In this document: positions 1 to 9,706 of the stretch, one piece after another
Layout of the letters: each line of letters begins with the position of its first letter
Numbering within the stretch: the stretch's first letter is position 1
Origin: an uncultured archaeon
Lineage (GTDB): Archaea > Iainarchaeota > Iainarchaeia > Iainarchaeales > CAZILS01
NCBI GenBank assembly: GCA_964540145.1
Contig: CAZILS010000001.1
Coordinates: 19,640 to 83,639, forward strand
Length of the DNA: 64,000 bases
Direction: 5' to 3'
Program-made: the position numbers and the translations under genes
Notes under the pieces: model-generated
The model's database searches: none
The model's input: only the letters and a program-made list of their open reading frames with translations
What the model was told of the DNA's origin: nothing

Positions 1-644
1 AAATTATGGAAACCGAAAAGGTTGATTTTATGGAATTGGTCTCGGGAAAAAAGCCGTTTGTTGTGCTGTTCCTCGGGCCTAACGGCGCGGGAAAAACCAC
101 GACTATGGCGAAGCTCACCAAGAAGCTCCAGGATAACGGAAAGAAAGTTGTCTGGGCGGCGGGCGATACGTTTAGGGCGGCCTCCATAGAACAGCTTGAG
201 AAGCACGGCGAGAAGTTGGGTGTGAGGATTGTCAAGCACAATTATGGTGCGGATCCTGCCGCAGTTGCATTTGATGCGGTTGAGTCGGCGAAGGCGAAGG
301 GAATTGATGTCGTTATGATTGACAGCGCAGGAAGGCAGGTTACCAACAAAAACCTTATGGAAGAGCTGAAAAAAATAAACAGGGTTGCGAAGCCTGATTT
401 GAAGCTGTTTGTGGGGGAGGCGCTTGCGGGGGTGAGCCTGCTTGAGCAGGCCAGGGCTTTCCACGAGAATTTGGGGATTGACGGGTTTATACTTACAAAG
501 ATAGACACCGACACAAAGGGCGGAACCATGATTTCACTCCTTTACAACATCAAGAAGCCTGTCCTTTATCTTGGGACAGGACAGGGTTACGGCGACATCA
601 TGGATTTTACGCCTAATTATGTTCTCGACAGGATTGTAGCTTAA
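1..644 (+). CDS. ftsY: Signal recognition particle receptor FtsY, C-terminal NG domain (5' end cut by the window edge)
   Basis: P-loop LGPNGAGKTTT, AAGDTFRAASIEQL, DSAGRQ and TKIDTDTKGG match SRP-GTPase motifs G1-G4. The frame is open to position 1. Confidence 0.85.
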   Translation, partial: IMETEKVDFMELVSGKKPFVVLFLGPNGAGKTTTMAKLTKKLQDNGKKVVWAAGDTFRAASIEQLEKHGEKLGVRIVKHNYGADPAAVAFDAVESAKAKGIDVVMIDSAGRQVTNKNLMEELKKINRVAKPDLKLFVGEALAGVSLLEQARAFHENLGIDGFILTKIDTDTKGGTMISLLYNIKKPVLYLGTGQGYGDIMDFTPNYVLDRIVA

Positions 645-659
645 AAGAGGTGAAAGAAT

Positions 660-803
660 ATGATGGAAATAGATGAAAAGTTGAGGCTGAAGCTCCTTGA
701 GGAGGAGTTTAAGCTGAGGGAAAAGCAGCCGGAGGCATGGACGAAGACAAAGTACAGGCCTTACGCGAATTTTAAGACCAGGAAGTCGGAATCTTCTACA
801 TAA
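660..803 (+). CDS. Small hypothetical protein (47 aa, charged)
   Basis: ATG preceded by AAGAGGTGA. It fills the ftsY-srp54 gap. No recognisable motif. Confidence 0.3.
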   Translation: MMEIDEKLRLKLLEEEFKLREKQPEAWTKTKYRPYANFKTRKSESST

Positions 804-830
804 GGATTCCGTAACTTTCTTCTCTTTATC

Positions 831-838
831 TTTATATT
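831..838 (+). promoter_or_regulatory. Putative TATA box for srp54
   Basis: TTTATATT lies 31-38 nt upstream of the ATG at 869. Confidence 0.4.
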
Positions 839-868
839 GGCTTCGCATGAATATCTAGTTGTGGTTAG

Positions 869-3800
869 ATGGGCCTGGGAGAGAAACTAAGGCAGGCAAT
901 GGACAGGCTAAGGGGAGCCAGTGCCTTAGATAAGGAGACTGTTAAGGCGGTCGTCAAGGATTTGCAAAGGGCGCTGATTGCCGGGGATGTCGATGTTTCC
1001 CTGGTTTTGCAGGCAACCAAAGAGATAGAGAAAGAGGCGTTTGGGGAGCTCCCTAAGGGGATGAACAGGAGGGAGCATGTCCTTAAGGCCACTTATGACC
1101 GGCTTGCGGGGCTGCTGGGCAAGGCAGGGGAGATTCCCGAGAAGCCCTCACGGATACTCTTGGTGGGGCTGTTTGGTTTTGGAAAATGCGTCCATCCCAA
1201 AACCATTATTCCGCTTGCAGACGGCAGAAACCTTCAAGCACAAGAATTGTATGAAACTATTCCTGAAAACGAATTTGTGCTGGAAGACGGAACCGTAAAG
1301 GAACTGGAAAAACCTATAGAAGTATTTTCCTTTGACCCATTTACGCTGAAAATGGTGCGGGGAAAGGCAACCCACATATGGAAACTGAAAAAAGACAGGC
1401 CGCTGTTTAAGGTGTGGCTGGATAATGGGGGAAATCACAACATCACAGTTACTCCCGAGCACCCTTTTTTTGCGATGGAAGACGGAGAAATTAGAAAAGT
1501 CAGGGCCGACCGTATCAGTGCGGGTTGCTTTGTTGCAGCCCCTGGAAAAATACCTGTAAGGAAAAATGACCCCCTTAATAAAGATTTTATGGAGAAATTT
1601 GCAGGAATCGCAGACATCCATGACAACCTACTTTCTGAAAGAATAAAGGGCTTCTTGAAAAATGAATTTGGCACCCTTGGGGAGGCGCACAATGCAATTG
1701 GGAAAGAATATGCATACTGCAACCTGTGCAGTTCCCTAAAAAAAGGGGTTGTTTTTGGTTCAATAATTAACCAGGCTGAAAGGATTGGGCTGCCGGTTTC
1801 ACTGGGGGATGAAGCAACTGTTTCTCTCAGGGGGAATTGTGCCAGAAAAATAAGGGTTCCCCTGAAAATGAGTCCCGGACTTTCCGAGTTCCTGGGATAC
1901 CTGTATGCTGACGGCCATATGAGGAAACGCTATGTGGGCATAACAAACGAGGATCAGAAACTGCTTAAGCGGTGTGCTTTGCTCGGGAAAAACTTGTTTG
2001 GAATAGAAGGGAAAATAAAAAAAGACAAACGAAAAGACCTGTTGTTTACGATTGTTTTCTGTTCCAAAACCCTTGTTAGTTTTTTGAACGTGATTTTTGG
2101 CATACCTATAAACAAAAAAAGCAGGATAATTAGGCTTCCTCCTGCCATCCAGACAAGCCCTGAAAAGTGCAGGAAACGTTTCTTAAGGGCTTTTTTTGAT
2201 TGCGACGGGCACATATCCAAAAACAGCCGTACGATAGAAATCTGTACTGCCAGCAGGCGTTTCTCGGAAGACATGAGAACGTTACTGGCGGGGCTTTCCC
2301 TAACCCCCGGCATCGGCAAAAAAACCATTAATGGAAAACGATATTTCAGGATTCTGATAAAGGCAAGAGATACTGAGTGGTTTGCTGAAGAGGTGGGTTC
2401 GCTCATTGCTTCAAAGAGCAGGAGGCTTGGGAACTGCGGGGCTATGGGGGTTGGGCAGTCCCTTGGGAAACAGGAAATGGTTCCTGTGGGGGAGAAGCTT
2501 AAGGAATGCCGGGAAATACACGGCGCCACAATTGGGGAAATCCAAAAATACGTTTCCGCGTACGGAACTTACGAGAAAGAGGGCCTAATTTCCAGAAGTG
2601 CACTGAGTAAATTTCTGGATGCACTGGCCCACACCAAAAACAAGAACAATGAAATTCTGCGGCTTGTATCCGAAGGAGCAGATTATAAAAATATTCTGGA
2701 GGCGTTGGGAGAAAATAGAGGCTGGCTTAATGCAAACCTCTTTAGGCTGGGGCAGATTGGCCTTGTGGAACATCAGTCCGGGCTTATGCAAATAAGCCAA
2801 AAAGGCAAAGATTTGCTGGAAAAATCATCCTCTTCCCCCGAGGGGCTTGTTAAGCAGCTATCTGCCCTTGTGCAATCTGAAATCCGGTGGATAAAAATAA
2901 AAAAGATTGAGCTTGTTGAAGATACCGATTATGTGTATGATCTAAGCGTTGATGAGTACCATAATTTTGTTGCCAACCAGGTAATTATTCACAACACAAC
3001 CACAACCGCAAAGCTTGCGAACTACTACAAGAAGCGCGGCTTGAAGGTTGGGGTTATAGGCGCGGATGTCATGAGGCCCGCCGCCTATGAGCAGCTTCAG
3101 CAGTTGAGTGAGCAGCTGAAAATCGATTTTTATGGAAACCCAAAGGAGAAGAAGGCGGAGAAAGTTGTCAAGGAAGGGGTTGAGAAGTTAAAGGGCGTTG
3201 ACTTGATTATAGTTGACAGTGCGGGAAGGAGCGCCCTGGATTCGGAGCTTACCGAGGAAATGAAAAACATCCATAAGGAGTTCAGGCCCGAGCACACCTG
3301 GCTCATCCTTGGGGCGGATATGGGGCAGCTTGCGGGGAAGCAGGCACAGGCTTTCCACGATGCTGTCGGGGTCAATGGTTTGGTTATAACAAGGATGGAC
3401 GGGAGTGCGAAGGGAGGGGGCGCCCTTGCAGCATGTGCAAAGACAAAGGCGCCTGTTTATTTCATAGGAACGGGGGAGAAGGCAAACGACCTGGAGGCAT
3501 TCGATTCCCAGAGGTATCTTGGAAGGATAATGGGGTATGGGGACATACAGGGCCTGCTTGAGAAGGCGAAGGAAGCGGAAAGCGGGGAGATAGACATCGA
3601 GGCGATGATGAAGGGCGAATTTAACCTCGATATGTTCTACAAGCAGCTGAAGCAGGCGAGGCAGATTGGGCCTTTGAACAAGATTGCGGAAATGCTCGGG
3701 ATAAGCATGCAGGTTCCGAAAGAACAGCTCGAGCTGGGGGAGGAAAAACTTGATGCGTTCAAGTGCATTATGGATTCTATGACGGGGCAAGAAAAATTAG

Positions 3801-4021
3801 AGCCAGAATTGTTGAACAGCAGCAGGATTTCTAGGATTGCGAAGGGAAGCGGCACTAAGGATGAGGAAGTGAGGGAGCTTATAAAGCATTATAAGCAGAT
3901 GAAAAAGATGTTCAAGAAAATGAAGGATTTAAACCCTGAAAAGATGGCCGGGGGGAAAGGCTTCGATATGTCCTCGTTTGGGAAAAAATTCGGGAAGAAG
4001 AAAAAGTTCAGGATAAGGTAG
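869..4021 (+). CDS. srp54: Signal recognition particle protein SRP54, interrupted by an intein (exteins about 447 aa)
   Basis: N domain, then GLFGFGK | intein | TTTTAKLANYY. Also DSAGR, TRMDGSAKGG and a Met-rich M domain with a basic tail. Confidence 0.9.
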   Translation: MGLGEKLRQAMDRLRGASALDKETVKAVVKDLQRALIAGDVDVSLVLQATKEIEKEAFGELPKGMNRREHVLKATYDRLAGLLGKAGEIPEKPSRILLVGLFGFGKCVHPKTIIPLADGRNLQAQELYETIPENEFVLEDGTVKELEKPIEVFSFDPFTLKMVRGKATHIWKLKKDRPLFKVWLDNGGNHNITVTPEHPFFAMEDGEIRKVRADRISAGCFVAAPGKIPVRKNDPLNKDFMEKFAGIADIHDNLLSERIKGFLKNEFGTLGEAHNAIGKEYAYCNLCSSLKKGVVFGSIINQAERIGLPVSLGDEATVSLRGNCARKIRVPLKMSPGLSEFLGYLYADGHMRKRYVGITNEDQKLLKRCALLGKNLFGIEGKIKKDKRKDLLFTIVFCSKTLVSFLNVIFGIPINKKSRIIRLPPAIQTSPEKCRKRFLRAFFDCDGHISKNSRTIEICTASRRFSEDMRTLLAGLSLTPGIGKKTINGKRYFRILIKARDTEWFAEEVGSLIASKSRRLGNCGAMGVGQSLGKQEMVPVGEKLKECREIHGATIGEIQKYVSAYGTYEKEGLISRSALSKFLDALAHTKNKNNEILRLVSEGADYKNILEALGENRGWLNANLFRLGQIGLVEHQSGLMQISQKGKDLLEKSSSSPEGLVKQLSALVQSEIRWIKIKKIELVEDTDYVYDLSVDEYHNFVANQVIIHNTTTTAKLANYYKKRGLKVGVIGADVMRPAAYEQLQQLSEQLKIDFYGNPKEKKAEKVVKEGVEKLKGVDLIIVDSAGRSALDSELTEEMKNIHKEFRPEHTWLILGADMGQLAGKQAQAFHDAVGVNGLVITRMDGSAKGGGALAACAKTKAPVYFIGTGEKANDLEAFDSQRYLGRIMGYGDIQGLLEKAKEAESGEIDIEAMMKGEFNLDMFYKQLKQARQIGPLNKIAEMLGISMQVPKEQLELGEEKLDAFKCIMDSMTGQEKLEPELLNSSRISRIAKGSGTKDEEVRELIKHYKQMKKMFKKMKDLNPEKMAGGKGFDMSSFGKKFGKKKKFRIR
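1187..2995 (+). mobile_element. Intein with a LAGLIDADG homing endonuclease domain, inserted in the SRP54 Walker A motif
   Basis: Starts with Cys (CVHPKTIIPLADG). Has block B VTPEHPF, LAGLIDADG motifs LGYLYADGHM and LRAFFDCDGHI, and ends VYDLSVDEYHNFVANQVIIHN followed by Thr+1. 1809 nt = 603 codons, in frame. Confidence 0.85.
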
Positions 4022-4025
4022 AGGC

Positions 4026-4829
4026 ATGGATATATTTTTGATTAGGGCTGCGGTGGTTGTTATAGGCTGTGTTGCCGCTTCCTATACTGATTTGAAGACA
4101 GGGCTTATCCCCGATAGGATAACCTATCCCATGATGGCTTTGGGGGTGTTGTTCAATTTCATCGCTTTTGATGAGTATGCGCTGGCGGTTGCCGCGGCCA
4201 CTTTTGGGGTTAGTTACCTATTCTACCATTTGGGAAAGCTGGGTGGAGGAGATTTGAAACTTTTTGTAGGGATTGCTTTGCTCCTGCCGATGATGAATGG
4301 CTTTCCTTTCATACTTAGTTCGGTGTTCTTTGCGTCGGTTGCCGCGGTTATTATGCTCTCAACCTACTATGTTGGGAGGTATGCCCTGCGGGGAGTAAGG
4401 TGGAAAGAGAATGTTTACAGGATGGTGCATGCCGGCTTTTTGGGGGCTGCGGTCGGGTTCTATCTTTACATACTTTACGGCTTCCGGATGGTTCCCTTGG
4501 AGTATATCCTGCTTGTCGCAGTAACCGTTTTTTTCGGGCTGCTTTTCATGGCGTTTGAGCGGGGGATAAAGAGGGAGTTCTTCCTCAAGAAGGCAGGGGT
4601 TAAGGATTTGGAGGAGGATGAGCTTGTTGCAGCCGAATTTTTGGAGCCCGGAACAAGGGCTGTGCTTGGGATGAAGTGGAAGGGCATCCTCGGGGAGAGG
4701 GAAATCAGGAAGCTCAATGATGCAGGCATCAAGGAAATTTTTGTGTACAGGAATTTGCCCAAGTTTGCGCCTTTCATCCTGGCGGGGGTTGTCCTGGCGC
4801 TGGCGTTCCCAATCTTCCCTTTGGGCTAA
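4026..4829 (+). CDS. A24-family prepilin/preflagellin peptidase (FlaK/PibD-like), polytopic membrane protein
   Basis: Catalytic Asp contexts SYTDLKTGLIPD and GGGDLKLF (GxGD). Several hydrophobic segments. Confidence 0.7.
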   Translation: MDIFLIRAAVVVIGCVAASYTDLKTGLIPDRITYPMMALGVLFNFIAFDEYALAVAAATFGVSYLFYHLGKLGGGDLKLFVGIALLLPMMNGFPFILSSVFFASVAAVIMLSTYYVGRYALRGVRWKENVYRMVHAGFLGAAVGFYLYILYGFRMVPLEYILLVAVTVFFGLLFMAFERGIKREFFLKKAGVKDLEEDELVAAEFLEPGTRAVLGMKWKGILGEREIRKLNDAGIKEIFVYRNLPKFAPFILAGVVLALAFPIFPLG

Positions 4830-4832
4830 ACT

Positions 4833-4840
4833 TTAAATAA
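4833..4840 (+). promoter_or_regulatory. Putative TATA box for a near-leaderless glycosyltransferase transcript
   Basis: TTTAAATA lies 21-28 nt upstream of the ATG at 4861. Confidence 0.4.
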
Positions 4841-4860
4841 TCCAAGCGCATTGTTATTGC

Positions 4861-6090
4861 ATGAAGGATTACAGGGAGGGGGCCGGCAGGATTCTTGGCA
4901 AGGAAACCTTTCATGAGCTTGAGAAGAAGAAGCTTGATATCATAATCGGTATCCCTTCATATAATTCGGCGCACAGCATTGGGTTTGTTACGGAGCAGGC
5001 ATCGAAAGGCCTTATAAAGTACTTTCCCAAGGCTAATTCCATAATAATCAACACCGACGGGAATTCCGGAGACGGCACTAAAACCGCATTTTTAGGGGCG
5101 AAAACCGAGGTTGAGAAGCTTTTTTCCCCGCATAAGGGACCAAGGGGAAAGGGGGCGCAGCTCAAGGATGTGCTTATAATAGCGGCTGCGCTGAATGCCA
5201 AGGCCTGCCTTTTCATCGATTCGGATTTGCAGAGCATAAACGAGGAGTGGGTGTATGCCATGCTCTCCCCTATATACGAGGGGTTCGATATGGTAACGCC
5301 CCATTACTCGAGGTATAAGTATGATGGGACAATAACAAACAATATTTGTTTCCCGATTGTGTATGGGCTGCTGTGCAAGAACCTTAGGCAGCCAATCGGA
5401 GGGGACTTTGCTTTTTCAAGGAGGCTGCTGCTTTTTTGGCTGAGGGATTCTATGTGGGACAGTGACATCTCAAAGTTTGGGATTGATATATATATGAGTA
5501 CGCTTGCCTTGCTCGGCGGGTTTAAGGTCACGCAGACCTATTTGGGGGCCAAGGTCCATGATGCGAAAGACCCCTCCGGGCTGAAGCCGATGTTCAAGCA
5601 GGTTGTTGGCACTTTGTTCAAGGTGCTTTATGCATACAAAAAAAAGTGGATAAACCGGAAATTCCCTTATGCCGTGAAAATTGCGGGGGTCGGATATTTT
5701 GCCGAGCCGATGAAGTTTGATGTTAACATAAGGAAAATGAAGAACACCTTCATGAGGGGCTTTGCATCGAACAAAAAGCACCTGCAGAGGATTATAAGCA
5801 AGAAGAACTACGATAAGCTTGAGTTCATGGCGAAGGAGAGGAATGTCTTCATAGACAACAGGATGTGGGCCGAGATTGTTTATGATTGTGTGCTGGCCTT
5901 CCCGAAAGAGGGGAAAAACAGGATTACGGATGTCCTTTTCCCGCTTTACCAGGGACGGAACTATACCTTTGCGCTGGAGACTGTGGGTTACGAGGACAAG
6001 CATGCGGAGGAAAGGATAATGCTGCAGGCAAAGGCGTTCCATATAAAGAGGAAACACTTGATTAAAGGGCTGAACAATTTTAATATTTGA
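4861..6090 (+). CDS. Glycosyltransferase family 2-like protein
   Basis: N-terminal IIIGIPSYNSAHSIG ... IINTDGNSGDGT and an acidic FIDSD motif typical of GT-A fold enzymes. Confidence 0.55.
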   Translation: MKDYREGAGRILGKETFHELEKKKLDIIIGIPSYNSAHSIGFVTEQASKGLIKYFPKANSIIINTDGNSGDGTKTAFLGAKTEVEKLFSPHKGPRGKGAQLKDVLIIAAALNAKACLFIDSDLQSINEEWVYAMLSPIYEGFDMVTPHYSRYKYDGTITNNICFPIVYGLLCKNLRQPIGGDFAFSRRLLLFWLRDSMWDSDISKFGIDIYMSTLALLGGFKVTQTYLGAKVHDAKDPSGLKPMFKQVVGTLFKVLYAYKKKWINRKFPYAVKIAGVGYFAEPMKFDVNIRKMKNTFMRGFASNKKHLQRIISKKNYDKLEFMAKERNVFIDNRMWAEIVYDCVLAFPKEGKNRITDVLFPLYQGRNYTFALETVGYEDKHAEERIMLQAKAFHIKRKHLIKGLNNFNI

Positions 6091-7129
6091 ATGAAATTCC
6101 CTTCACTTTTATTTTCCCGGCTTCGTTTTCCTTGCCCTCAACCTCGAATTTTACGCCGAGGAACTTCTCTGTTGTCCGGATGTTTGTCAGGGTGTGGGCG
6201 CTTATTTTGGCCGGCGTGATTTCAGAGTTTCCTTTCGCAAGCGCCATAAAGGGGATTAACTGGTCTGCGAGGTGTTCGTCGACCGCCCCATCCCTCGATA
6301 GCGCTTCTATCAATTTTTTTGCGGCCTCATTTCCCACTTCGTGTGCCGGCTTTCCTCTTTTTCCGAGGGCGTTTGTGCCGAACCTTGCCCCTGTCGAAAA
6401 TTCCGCTATAAGGTCTATCCCGCTCCCTGCCGGGCCCGCCCGGGAGGTTGCTATGCTTTCATTTACGTCAACGCCGAGTTCATCGAGTTTTTTTATTGCC
6501 GCACTTGCCTGGTTTTTTGCGACGTGGTCCGGGAGGGAAGCGGCATGCGAGAACAGGTTTATTTTTTTCAGTGCGCCTCTCTTTGTAAGGCGCAGGGGCG
6601 AAAGTGGCAGTTTTGACTTTTTAGATTCGAACAGGATTTTCCCCCTGCCTTTCGGATAGTAGCCGTGGGCAAGCAGGGACAATTTGAACTTTGCCCCCAT
6701 TTTCTTTAGCGCGGGAACCAGCACATGCGAGGCGTAATTTGCGGGCGGGCTCCACATGACATCGCTCCCGCCTATAACCCTCATCTTTATCTCCGCCGCC
6801 AGGGACAGGGGAAGCACCGACTGGAGAAGCAGGGTTATGCTGCCCGCAGTGCCTATATTTACCGCAAGGCGCCGGCCTGTGATTTTTGAGGGGGTGAAAC
6901 TTATGGCTGTCGAGTGGAGCTCTGCGCCTTCCGGCCACGGGTGCCCCGCATTGCACAGTTCTGCAACTGTTTTTAGGCACGTGAGGTGCTGCATCGAGAG
7001 GCCCGGATTTGGCCTGTTTGCCCTTATATTTGAGAGCTTAAACGGCTTTCCCGTAAGTGCCGAGAGGCCTAACGCCGTTCTCAGTATCTGTCCCCCTCCG
7101 GAACCGTATGAACCGTCTATTTCAAGCAT
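6080..7129 (-). CDS. rtcA: RNA 3'-terminal phosphate cyclase
   Basis: MLEIDGSYGSGGGQILRTALGLSALTGKPFKLSNIRANRPNPGL is the characteristic RtcA N-terminus. Length is 349 aa. Confidence 0.85.
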   Translation of the reverse strand: MLEIDGSYGSGGGQILRTALGLSALTGKPFKLSNIRANRPNPGLSMQHLTCLKTVAELCNAGHPWPEGAELHSTAISFTPSKITGRRLAVNIGTAGSITLLLQSVLPLSLAAEIKMRVIGGSDVMWSPPANYASHVLVPALKKMGAKFKLSLLAHGYYPKGRGKILFESKKSKLPLSPLRLTKRGALKKINLFSHAASLPDHVAKNQASAAIKKLDELGVDVNESIATSRAGPAGSGIDLIAEFSTGARFGTNALGKRGKPAHEVGNEAAKKLIEALSRDGAVDEHLADQLIPFMALAKGNSEITPAKISAHTLTNIRTTEKFLGVKFEVEGKENEAGKIKVKGISFKY

Positions 7130-7178
7130 AAAATAAGCAGTCTATAACGTTATTAATAATTTGATGTATAATTTTGGC

Positions 7179-8090
7179 ATGAAAGTGTTGGTTACGGGGA
7201 GCAGCGGCTTTGTCGGGAAGAGGCTCTGCACAGCCCTGGAGGAAAGGGGCCATAAAGCCAGGAAGTTTTCCAGGAAAGAGGGGGGGGATTTACTCGACCC
7301 TAAAAAGATAGATATTGCGGTTAGGGGGGTTGATGCGGTTGTGCACCTTGCGGCGCAGGTTGATGAGGAAGCGAAGGATTTGTTTAAGGTTAATGTCGAG
7401 GGAACTAAAAATTTGCTTAAGGCATGCGAGAAGGGGGGGATTGAACATTTCATTTACCTTAGCAGCTGCGGGGTTATGGGGGATATTCACGGCAAGGTTG
7501 ATGAAAGCGCGCCCTACAAGCCTAAGACAAGGTATGAGAAAAGCAAGATGCTGGGGGAGCAGGCTGTGCTTAGCTACCAGGAAGTTATGCATGTTACTGT
7601 GCTTAGGTCCGCCATTGTTTATGGGGAAAACAAATATTGGGGGCAGCTGTTCAGTTATGTAAAAAATGGGAAGCCGATGATAGGTTCCGGGGGGAACAAG
7701 TGGCAAATGGTTTATGTCGATGATTTGGTTGACGCAATTATTTTTGTCCTTGGGAATGAAGAGGCTTCCGGGGAGGTTTACATTGTTGCCGAGGAAGGGG
7801 GGGAAACGCTTGAGGAGATTTATCTTGAGATAGGGAGGCTTGTGGGTGTTTCAGAAAAGCCCGTAAAAAGCCCTTTGGCGCTTGCGAGGGCTGTTGCATT
7901 GGTTCTTTGGGCCATGTCGAAGCTTACGAGGAGAAGGGGGATAATCACCCCTTCGCATATCGAGAGGGCGGTAAGGATAAGGGATTATGATATCTCAAAA
8001 ATAAAGAAGCTTGGATGGAAACCAAAGTACGGCACAAAAAAAGGCTTGAAAAAAACCTTTGGCGATTTGAACAGGGACCGGCTTAACTGA
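7179..8090 (+). CDS. NAD-dependent epimerase/dehydratase (SDR family)
   Basis: MKVLVTGSSGFVG Rossmann motif and YEKSK catalytic motif. Start moved to ATG 7179, downstream of an AT-rich TATA-like stretch. Confidence 0.8.
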   Translation: MKVLVTGSSGFVGKRLCTALEERGHKARKFSRKEGGDLLDPKKIDIAVRGVDAVVHLAAQVDEEAKDLFKVNVEGTKNLLKACEKGGIEHFIYLSSCGVMGDIHGKVDESAPYKPKTRYEKSKMLGEQAVLSYQEVMHVTVLRSAIVYGENKYWGQLFSYVKNGKPMIGSGGNKWQMVYVDDLVDAIIFVLGNEEASGEVYIVAEEGGETLEEIYLEIGRLVGVSEKPVKSPLALARAVALVLWAMSKLTRRRGIITPSHIERAVRIRDYDISKIKKLGWKPKYGTKKGLKKTFGDLNRDRLN

Positions 8091-8101
8091 AATTAAATTG
8101 G

Positions 8102-8881
8102 TTAGCGTTTTTCCTTGCCTGCTTTTTTTGCCGCGCCGCAGATTTTTGTGAGTTTTTTCTTTGCGACAGAAACGTCGCCGTCAGCTTTTTCTATTGCGGT
8201 GCCGACATGGATTACGTCGGCTCCGGCCTTTATTGTCTCGTAGGCGTATTTTTCATCTTTAACGCCGCCTGCAACTATGAGGGGGATGTCGATTGCCGCC
8301 TTTGCCTTTGCAACCATCTTTGGGGGCGCCGGGCTGTCTGCTCCCCCCCCTGACTCCAGGATTACCGCTTTTGACCCCATGTACTGGCCCGCGAGCGCAG
8401 TGACCATCGCAAGGTAAGGCAGGTTCCTGGGGATTGGCTGTGCCCGGCCTACCCAGCCCACGGCGCGGCCCGGCTCGGTTATGATATATGAGGTCGGGAT
8501 AACCTCTAGCCCCAGTTCCTTGACTGTCCAGGCTGATGCTACCTGGGCTCCCGTGATGTAGTAGGGGTCGGTTGAGTTAAGCATTGACATGAAGTAAACC
8601 GCATCGGCGTGCTTGCTCAGGGTGGCTATGTTTCCCGGAAAGAGAACGGTCTGCAGACCCGAGTTTTCCTTTATTTCGATGAGAGTCTTGTCAAGAAGTT
8701 CTCCCTGCGCACCTACGCTTCCCCCGACCGCAACCGCGTTTACGCCCGCCTCTTCGGCGGCCTTTGCAATCCTGCCTGCGGTTTCGGGGGTTTGGTTCGG
8801 CGGGTCGACTACCAAAAACACAAGGCCTCCCATGGACTCGATGTCCTTGAGCATTTTGGAATAGAACTTTTTCTGCTGCAT
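8102..8881 (-). CDS. Geranylgeranylglyceryl phosphate synthase family protein (archaeal lipid synthesis)
   Basis: TIM-barrel PcrB/GGGPS pattern: AVAVGGS, VLFPGN, YFMSMLNS, ILESGGG, PLIVAGGV. Confidence 0.8.
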   Translation of the reverse strand: MQQKKFYSKMLKDIESMGGLVFLVVDPPNQTPETAGRIAKAAEEAGVNAVAVGGSVGAQGELLDKTLIEIKENSGLQTVLFPGNIATLSKHADAVYFMSMLNSTDPYYITGAQVASAWTVKELGLEVIPTSYIITEPGRAVGWVGRAQPIPRNLPYLAMVTALAGQYMGSKAVILESGGGADSPAPPKMVAKAKAAIDIPLIVAGGVKDEKYAYETIKAGADVIHVGTAIEKADGDVSVAKKKLTKICGAAKKAGKEKR

Positions 8882-8969
8882 GTTATCGCGGATATATTTA
8901 GAAAAGGACGTCTATAAAAAGGTAATTAGTGGCTTTTTTCGCGATTAGGGCGGGAATCCGGGGTTTTCG

Positions 8970-9614
8970 CTAGATAAACGAAAGCGCGGTTTCTGGACCG
9001 AAGTCTCTTGAAGCGAGGCCGTGCCCGGGCATAAGGGTGTGGAAATCCAACCCAGAAATTTTCGCAAGCGAGGCGGTTAGGTCGCGCTTGCTTGACGAGG
9101 GGAGATCATATCGCCCGATCCCGTTGATGAAAAGCGTATCGCCTGAAATGAGGAATTTGTGTTTTTGGTCGTAAAGTGAAATGCTTCCTTTTGTGTGGCC
9201 GGGGGTGGGGATTACTCTAAGGGAAAATGGCTTTGCACCTATTGTTTCTGTGCCGTTTAGCTTTGCGGTAACTTTGGGGAAGTACTTGTTGCCGAAGAAG
9301 GCCGAGGCTGTGAAAATTTCATCGTGCATATTGACGAATTCTGCGTCGTGGTGGTGCATGGCAACCTCTGCTTTCTTGAAAATTCCGGCGCCCCCGAAAT
9401 GGTCTGCATGGCCGTGGGTTATTAGCACAAGGTCGATGTCGTTGGGGGCAAGGCCTATCGCTTTCATCGCATCTTCGAGAAGCGGGCTGTTTTCCTTGAG
9501 GCCTGTGTCGACGATTATATTCTTCTTACCTACTAAAAGATAGGCATTGGAGCTCGGGCCGGGAGGATATAAAACAAAAAGGTTGGGGAAGATTCGCTCA
9601 AACACCTGAAACAC
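8970..9614 (-). CDS. MBL-fold metallo-hydrolase
   Basis: ITHGHADHFGG zinc-binding motif and a later PTPGHTKGS. GTG start with an upstream GGAGG. Confidence 0.75.
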   Translation of the reverse strand: MFQVFERIFPNLFVLYPPGPSSNAYLLVGKKNIIVDTGLKENSPLLEDAMKAIGLAPNDIDLVLITHGHADHFGGAGIFKKAEVAMHHHDAEFVNMHDEIFTASAFFGNKYFPKVTAKLNGTETIGAKPFSLRVIPTPGHTKGSISLYDQKHKFLISGDTLFINGIGRYDLPSSSKRDLTASLAKISGLDFHTLMPGHGLASRDFGPETALSFI

Positions 9615-9706
9615 CTGCCTCCCCGCCGACCGGCCGGGAGAGTTTTATAAAATGAATACCGGATAATATTAGTGAAACTGGTTAATAAAGCTAAGGTGGG
9701 GGAAGT

